Positions 58,146-64,000 of a stretch of 64,000 nucleotides of DNA are shown piece by piece. The notes under the pieces are model-generated. The model ran no database searches. It was given only the letters and a program-made list of their open reading frames with translations, and had not been told where the DNA came from. Origin of the DNA: Peptococcia bacterium (GTDB lineage: Bacteria > Bacillota > Peptococcia > Peptococcales > SKKY01); NCBI GenBank assembly GCA_965228015.1, contig OZ245787.1, forward strand, positions 1,588,023 through 1,652,022, given 5' to 3'. Made by a program: the position numbers and the translations under genes. Position 1 is the stretch's first letter. Every line of letters starts with the position of its first letter.

Positions 58146-60242
58146 TTGAATAAGAAACTTATAGCGATTCTTACATTGGTTATGTTTGCATTAACATTAC
58201 TACCAATGGGCGCATTCGCAGCAACAAAAAATACAGTTATCGGTGGAGTTCCAAATATTTCAAGTACAACTGCACCATTAACTACTGTTAGTTTATCTAC
58301 TATTAGAATTGATGAAGATGTAGTTGGCAACATGAAAGCTGGAGATACTCTAGTGTTGACATTACCAAGTGGCGTAGAGTGGGGTAACCTTATTGCAGGA
58401 CCAGCTCCAGATGCAGTTATAGCTTTTGATGTTGATGGAGATACTTTTGCTATTGCTTCACAAACTATTCCATCTGCTAGAGTAATGAACGTTGTATTAG
58501 GCGCTAGAGCTGCAGGTGCTGGCCCAGCTGTTATGACAATTACTACACCAGTATTTATTAAGTCAGTTGGAACTGGTGACATTGTTGTAAATATTGAATC
58601 TCCAGGAACAGGTATTACTGAAGGTGATATGGTTATTGGTAGATTTGTAAGTGGAGCAGCTAGTGTAAGAATGCTTTCTACTCCAACTAAAAGTGAAGGA
58701 TCACAAAATTTTGGTTTAATCAGAATTACTGAAAACTCAATTGGCCAATTAAATGGTAAAACAATTAGAATGAAACTTCCATCAGGTTTTAAGTGGACGG
58801 CTTCTCCAGCGATTAGTTTTTCTAACATTGGAACAACAACAATTGCTGACGGCGGAGCAGTTTATCCTACAAATGATATTACTTTAACTTTCACAGTGCC
58901 AGCAGGACCACAAGCGATTATTGACTTAACTGCTCCAATCACTGTTGAGTCTGGCGCAAGAGTTGGTGACATTGAAGTTTTATTTAGTGGAACTGCAGAT
59001 GTATCTGGTTCAATCGTAGTTGGTAAATATGGTGAGTTTGGCGTTAATGTAACAGTTGCTGCCGCTGAAGAAGTAATTTCTGGTAAAGATTCACAAGAAA
59101 TTGCTGATTTAAAAATTAAGGATCAAATTGCTGGTAGCTTGATTAACGGTAGAACTTTTAGAATGACATTACCTGAAAACACTAGATGGTCTGCTGTTCC
59201 TACTGTTACAGGTATTAGTGGTAATTTAGTGGCTGGAGCGTTATCAAATGATAACAGAACAGTTACTTATACTGTTGCAGCAGCTGGCACTACTGAATTT
59301 GATATTAAGAATGCTAATATTGATGTAGCAGCTAATTACTCAGGAGATATTAATGTTGAAATTACAGGAACTGCAGGAGCTTCTGGGAAATTCTTAGTTG
59401 CTAAAGCTGTTAAGCAAGTAAGTGCTCAAACAAGCCCTGTTGATCTTAAAATTGGCCGTCAAGAACAAGTTATTGGAGATATTTATGTAGTTGAAGGGGC
59501 TAAAGAAGCTTTAAGAGCATCAAGTAGTCTTGCTGCAATTGATAGAACATTAACATTAAGATTACCTGCTGGTTTTTCTTGGTCAGCAGCAACTGTAGAA
59601 GTTGTAGAAGGTAATGTTGGTGTTGATTCATGGATTCATGACTTTAGAAGGCTTGATATCGTTCTTTCTGGTGAAAGTACTACTCCTTCAAAAATTAAAG
59701 TAACTGGAGCAAAAGTTTCAGCTGATAGAACTGTTCCAGAAGGCGATGTAAATGTTGCTGTTCAGGGTGGAGCGGTAATGCAAAATGCTGTCGCGTTTAC
59801 AAATGTTACTAATATGGGAACTTACTCTGTTGCTACAGTTGTAACTCCAGCTGCAGATGGTACAGTTAAGCCAGTTGTTATGACAGTTGGTTCTACAGTT
59901 TACACTATTTCAGGTGTTGAAATGACTATGGATGTTGCTCCATACATTAAAGATACTAGAACTTACTTCCCAGTTCGTTATGTTGCTCAAGCTTTAGGAA
60001 TTACAGCTGACAATGTAGTTTGGGATGGCGCTCAAAGAACAGTTACAATTTTTAGAGCTAACAGAATTGTTCAAGTTACAATCGGATCTACTACAATGTT
60101 AGTAAACGGCGTTCCTTTAACAATGGATGCAGCTCCAGAAATTACAGCTGAAAGAACAATGCTTCCAATCAGATTCGTTGCTCAAGGTTTAGGAGTAAAC
60201 GTAAACTGGGATGCAGCTACACAAACTGTAACTTTAAACTAG
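58146..60242 (+). CDS. Secreted S-layer-like surface protein: four about 131-138-aa modules plus two copper-amine-oxidase-N1-like (stalk) domains
   Basis: TTG start after AAGGAGGG; signal peptide ..LLPMGAFA/AT; recurring ..LP.G..W motif at residues 73, 211, 342, 473; C-terminal repeats ..MDVAPYIKDTRTYFPVRYVAQALG.. and ..MDAAPEITAERTMLPIRFVAQGLG.. Confidence 0.75.
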   Translation: MNKKLIAILTLVMFALTLLPMGAFAATKNTVIGGVPNISSTTAPLTTVSLSTIRIDEDVVGNMKAGDTLVLTLPSGVEWGNLIAGPAPDAVIAFDVDGDTFAIASQTIPSARVMNVVLGARAAGAGPAVMTITTPVFIKSVGTGDIVVNIESPGTGITEGDMVIGRFVSGAASVRMLSTPTKSEGSQNFGLIRITENSIGQLNGKTIRMKLPSGFKWTASPAISFSNIGTTTIADGGAVYPTNDITLTFTVPAGPQAIIDLTAPITVESGARVGDIEVLFSGTADVSGSIVVGKYGEFGVNVTVAAAEEVISGKDSQEIADLKIKDQIAGSLINGRTFRMTLPENTRWSAVPTVTGISGNLVAGALSNDNRTVTYTVAAAGTTEFDIKNANIDVAANYSGDINVEITGTAGASGKFLVAKAVKQVSAQTSPVDLKIGRQEQVIGDIYVVEGAKEALRASSSLAAIDRTLTLRLPAGFSWSAATVEVVEGNVGVDSWIHDFRRLDIVLSGESTTPSKIKVTGAKVSADRTVPEGDVNVAVQGGAVMQNAVAFTNVTNMGTYSVATVVTPAADGTVKPVVMTVGSTVYTISGVEMTMDVAPYIKDTRTYFPVRYVAQALGITADNVVWDGAQRTVTIFRANRIVQVTIGSTTMLVNGVPLTMDAAPEITAERTMLPIRFVAQGLGVNVNWDAATQTVTLN

Positions 60243-60259
60243 TCTAACTAGTCCAAAAA

Positions 60260-61646
60260 GGTTCTTTGTCAAATGTTGGGGTAACCCAATTAGATTAGAT
60301 TCCATAAGTACCGCATTGAAAAATGCGGTACTTTTTTAAATTGTTTTTAGTTCATTACGTGCATTATTCTGTTTTTGAATCTCCAAAAATTTCTTACACC
60401 ATAAGCATTTCTTTTTAAAACCTTAATTTTGTTGTTAATTCCTTCTGTATATCCGTTAGTATAAGTACAAGTAAATGAATTAAGAATATATTTCTGCCAG
60501 TTGAAAATGGTTCTGGAGCATTTATCGAATTCTTCAAGCTCACAGGACATAACAAACATATACCAGGCTTTCAAATTCTTTTTTGCACTTTCTAAATCAC
60601 TGCTGTCAACAAAGTTATAAAATTTTTCTTTTAACATATAAGCTTTTTGCAGTTTCTCAGAAGTAGCAAGCATAACATTTACCTGGTCAATTTCTTCAGG
60701 AGTTAAATACTTCATTCTTTTTAAGAGAAGGGAGCGACTTCTTTTGAAATATCTTCGCCTTTCCTTGGCAAATTTCTTTTGCTCATCTTTCCTAATTCTT
60801 TCAAATGCCTAAGTGACCTGCCTAATGAAATGGAATTTATCGATAATGATAGTTGCATTTTTAAAATATGTTTCAGCAATATCCTTGTAAGGTTGCCACA
60901 TATCCATAATGAAGTATTTTACTTTATCCCTGTCATTGAATTTCCTGAAATAGTCCGATAAAATGTGTTGTTCTCTTCCGTGAAGAATATCAAGCACCTT
61001 CTTGTTTTGGGGATCAGTTAATATGCACTGGTACTTTTTTACCCCCGGCATTACCTTTAAATTCATCAATAGAGATTACTTCGGGCAATTTTGTTAGGGA
61101 ATAGTTTATGAATCTAAAAAGCCTGAGAGCCGTTGATGGTGAAATATTATTCTCTTTGGCAATATCAGATACAGAGTAAACATTTTTCATTCGAGTAATT
61201 ATGTATTTTATCAGCCTGCTGGTCATTCTTTGATAGCGGGGGAGAAAATCATTTTTTTCGTAGAATTTTTTATTGCAGTGATTACAAACGTACCTTCTTT
61301 TTTTGTAGTAAAGGTAGGTTTTCTTCCCTGAGATGGAAATATCTTTTATCATTTGAATTCTGTAATCATGAACTTTACTGGTTTGTTGATGGCATTTGGG
61401 GTAATTGTGAGTTTTAATCTCCAGAGAAAAAGAAAAGGACGTTGAATCAGAAGAAGTTTCTAATTGTTCTAAAATTATCCCTTTAAAACCAATTAATTTT
61501 TTAATATAATAGTTATTACAGAGCATAAGTAAATTCCTCCTTAGATTACAATGGGTGTTCTCTAATATGGATTTACCAATGCTCTGTATTTTTTCGCAAA
61601 TAAATGTCAGAATGGTTTTTACCACCCCAACATTTATTGTAGAACC
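60260..61646 (-). mobile_element. ISL3-family insertion sequence, copy 2 (inverted relative to copy 1)
   Basis: Same IRs and length (1387 bp) as 10771-12157. Confidence 0.85.
60347..61625 (-). pseudogene. ISL3 transposase with one frameshift and one nonsense codon
   Basis: The T run 61035-61040 corresponds to A6 where copy 1 has A5; TGG to TAG at about 60809 (..FIRQVT*). Both differ from the copy 1 lesion. Confidence 0.8.
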
Positions 61647-61695
61647 GTTTTTGTGCTATAATTAAAATATATATATTTATATTGGAGGTCCTAAA

Positions 61696-62123
61696 ATGAA
61701 ACATCTTGATGTTCTTGAAATAAAAAAATACTTCCCCATCGATATCCGTTTTTGCTTATAGATAAAATAATAGATTTTGAAGAAGATAAATCGATTATCG
61801 GGACTAAAAATGTTACTGTTAATGAAGAATTCTTTAATGGTCATTTTCCTGATCATCCAGTTATGCCGGGAGTATTAATAATTGAAGCTTTAGCTCAGAC
61901 CGGGGCTGTATTAGTACTAATGAAACCGGAGAATAAAGGTAAAATTGCATTTTTTGCTGGAATTGATAATGTGAGATTTAAAAGACAGGTTGTTCCAGGG
62001 GATCAATTAAAATTAGAAGTAGAAGTTATTAAGCTTAAGTCATCAGTTGGCAAATGTAATGCCAAAGCAACAGTAGATGGAGAAGTTGTTTGCCAGGGAG
62101 AACTAATGTTCATGATTAATTAA
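61696..62123 (+). CDS. fabZ: 3-hydroxyacyl-ACP dehydratase FabZ (5' end out of frame at a homopolymer)
   Basis: ATG after GGAGG gives [11 protein letters not shown]. The canonical [19 protein letters not shown] follows only if the A7 run 61722-61728 is A8. The rest is typical ([19 protein letters not shown]). Confidence 0.75.
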
Positions 62124-62212
62124 TTTGTTCACATTTAAAGATTGAATTTATTATTATAATAATATATAATTAGCAATTGATTGAGAGAGTTTTTTACTGG
62201 GAAGGGATAATA

Positions 62213-63268
62213 ATGGATTTTAGATATTTTGAAGGAATTATAATTGCTTATTTACTTGTTATTTTAATAGTTCCTTTTGTAATAAGATTTGCTTATAGAA
62301 TTGGTGCTGTTGATAAACCCTGTGAACGGAAGGTTCATTGTGTCCCCGTACCTAGAATAGGTGGATTGGCTATATATTTAGGGTATATTATTTCAGTATT
62401 CTTCTATTTCCCTGACAGTGAAATTAAAACAGGGATTATTGTAGCTAATACGATAATTGTTATTTTAGGTATTTTAGACGATTTATATAATATTTCACCT
62501 AAACAAAAGCTTGCTGGACAAATTTTTGCAGCTATTTTATTAACAATGTACGGCGTAAAGATTGGTTTCTTAACTAATCCTTTTGGAGGAACAATATTTC
62601 TAGGTTACCTGGCTGTTCCATTAACGGTTTTCTGGATTGTAGGAGTTACTAATGCAGTAAATCTTATTGATGGTCTTGATGGCCTTGCTGCAGGGACATC
62701 TGCAATATCAGCATTAGTACTAGCACTTGTTGCTTTTTCCCAGAGCTTAAGTAGCATAGGTTTATTAGCCTTATTATTAGCTGCTTCAAGCAGTGCATTT
62801 TTGTTATACAATTTTAATCCGGCCAAAATATTTATGGGAGACACAGGCTCAATGTTATTAGGTATGAACCTGGCTGTAATTTCAGTTATGGGTGTAACAA
62901 AGAGCATTGCTGTTCTTTCTATATTTGTTCCGATAATAATATTAGGAGTACCACTTTTTGATACACTTTTTGCAATTATTAGAAGGTTCCAGAACAATCA
63001 GCCAATTTTTAAAGCAGATAAAGAGCATTTACATCATTGTTTGTTGAACAAAGGATTGTCCCATAAAAAAACAGTTCTTTTAATATACTGTATCAACATT
63101 ATTCTTGGTATTTCGGCAATACTTCTTTCTAACTTAACCAAGAACCAAGGTATGGTTTTGGTAACTGTGCTTTCTGTAGTTATTTATTTAGGAGCCCAGA
63201 GTCTTGGAGTGCTAAAGCAAATTGAAGTGCAGAATATATTTTACAGGTTCTTAAAAGTAAAAAAATAG
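62213..63268 (+). CDS. MraY-family UDP-HexNAc:undecaprenyl-phosphate HexNAc-1-P transferase (WecA/TagO-like)
   Basis: Probable start MDFRYFEG; 10-11 TM; NAVNLIDGLDGLA and FMGDTGS motifs. Confidence 0.8.
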   Translation: MDFRYFEGIIIAYLLVILIVPFVIRFAYRIGAVDKPCERKVHCVPVPRIGGLAIYLGYIISVFFYFPDSEIKTGIIVANTIIVILGILDDLYNISPKQKLAGQIFAAILLTMYGVKIGFLTNPFGGTIFLGYLAVPLTVFWIVGVTNAVNLIDGLDGLAAGTSAISALVLALVAFSQSLSSIGLLALLLAASSSAFLLYNFNPAKIFMGDTGSMLLGMNLAVISVMGVTKSIAVLSIFVPIIILGVPLFDTLFAIIRRFQNNQPIFKADKEHLHHCLLNKGLSHKKTVLLIYCINIILGISAILLSNLTKNQGMVLVTVLSVVIYLGAQSLGVLKQIEVQNIFYRFLKVKK

Positions 63269-63278
63269 ATTTGAGTTC

Positions 63279-63308
63279 AAAGCCTTGCTTAAATGCAGGG
63301 CTTTTTTG
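63279..63308 (+). terminator. Rho-independent terminator
   Basis: AAAGCCTTGC, loop, GCAGGGCTTT, followed by a T-run. Confidence 0.6.
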
Positions 63309-63428
63309 ATTCATAAATTAATTAATTGGGTAAAAAAAGTTAACTTATTGTAACAAGGATTGACATGTATTGACTAGCGGGTCATAATTGTTTTTAGTTA
63401 TTACATACATAAAAGGGGAGCAAAATAA

Positions 63429-64000
63429 TGAAGAAAAAGCAACTGTATAAAAGTATAGTAATATTATTAATATTTAAGTTTATTAGTTCCGGTTTTAGGA
63501 TTAGCAGAAGAAACAGAAGCAAAAAAATATACTCTTGATAAATTAGTTCAATTAGGTTTAAAAAACAATCCTTCAGTAAAAAGTGCGGAATATAAAATTG
63601 AAAGTGTTGATATAACTAGGGAGAGAGCAAATATAAACTTAAATTTTATTCCAGCTGCTCAGTTCTTCACACCACCGGCACCTTTGGTTCAATATCAACA
63701 AGTTGTAGCATATGAGACAGCCTACAGTAATGCAAAAGATAATTTGCAAATTGAGATAGATTCAACAAAACGTGATGTGATAAAAAAATACCAGGCTGTG
63801 TTGAATATTAAAGAAAACTACAATGTTTTATTGAAAGATTTAGAGTACAAAAGATCTCTTATGAATATTTTTATTTTGAAAAAGAATATGGGAATGATAA
63901 ATGATATTGAAAATAATGCTTCAATCCAAACATATAATATTGCAAAAAATGCTCTTGATCTTAAAAAGAATGAGCTGAATAAAGCTTATGCAAATTTAAA
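63429..64000 (+). pseudogene. TolC-like outer-membrane-efflux-family protein, 3' partial, frame break in the signal peptide region
   Basis: MKKKQLYKSIVILLIFK.., then in the next frame ..VLGLAEETEAKKYTLDKLVQLGLKNNPSVKSAEYKIESVDITRERANI.. open to the window end. Confidence 0.5.

Noticed and set aside
58043-58828. 261-aa ORF on the minus strand
   Set aside because: It is entirely antisense to the well-supported S-layer-like gene. It has a low-complexity mirror composition, no RBS and no family resemblance.
10771-61646. Past inversion of the 48-kb segment by recombination between the inverted ISL3 copies
   Set aside because: Exchanging the flanking octamers between the copies does not recreate matching target duplications, so there is no positive evidence.

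Overview
This is a low-GC, Firmicute (Clostridia-like) chromosomal segment. I had no search tools, so all functional calls rest on motifs I recognise in the translations.

**Gene content.** The backbone is a conserved, probably origin-proximal housekeeping block: glmU-prs-pth-mfd-PPIase-MOP flippase-mazG-hup-S4 protein-ftsB-ppx, then tilS-ftsH-ndk-prfA-prmC. It is followed by a cell-envelope block with two LCP genes, tagA, an S-layer-like protein, fabZ and a wecA/tagO-like gene. The left third carries:
- accessory and metabolic genes: YeeE/YedE pair, rsgA, pncA and a decayed pncB
- a yefM/yoeB toxin-antitoxin pair
- a VTC-DUF4956-beta-helix cluster
- tRNA-Leu(CAG)
- a trimeric HydABC-type [FeFe]-hydrogenase operon
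- a crcB pair

**Insertion sequences.** The window is heavily colonised: about 12 elements, roughly 16.7 kb or 26% of the window.
- five near-identical copies plus one degenerate relative of an IS3-family element with a single long ORF
- two inverted ISL3 copies
- a decayed IS3 element
- a second IS3-type element nested inside an ISLre2-family element
- a degenerate IS1182-like element

**Most interesting signal.** A family of imperfect palindromes has a conserved apex formed by a pair of inverted DnaA-box-like 9-mers (TTATCCACA / TGTGGATAA and one-mismatch variants). A copy, or a partial arm, abuts the left end of every copy of the dominant IS. The copy pair flanking 46278-53531 also adjoins two other IS families. 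An IS-free copy lies in frame inside tilS.

**Other signals.**
- perfect long inverted repeats sit inside the tilS, prmC and mfd coding sequence, and the mfd one is exactly at a frameshift site
- about 20 reading-frame breaks map almost exclusively to A/T homopolymer runs, including runs in mfd, mazG and fabZ, so many apparent pseudogenes may be sequencing artefacts rather than biology
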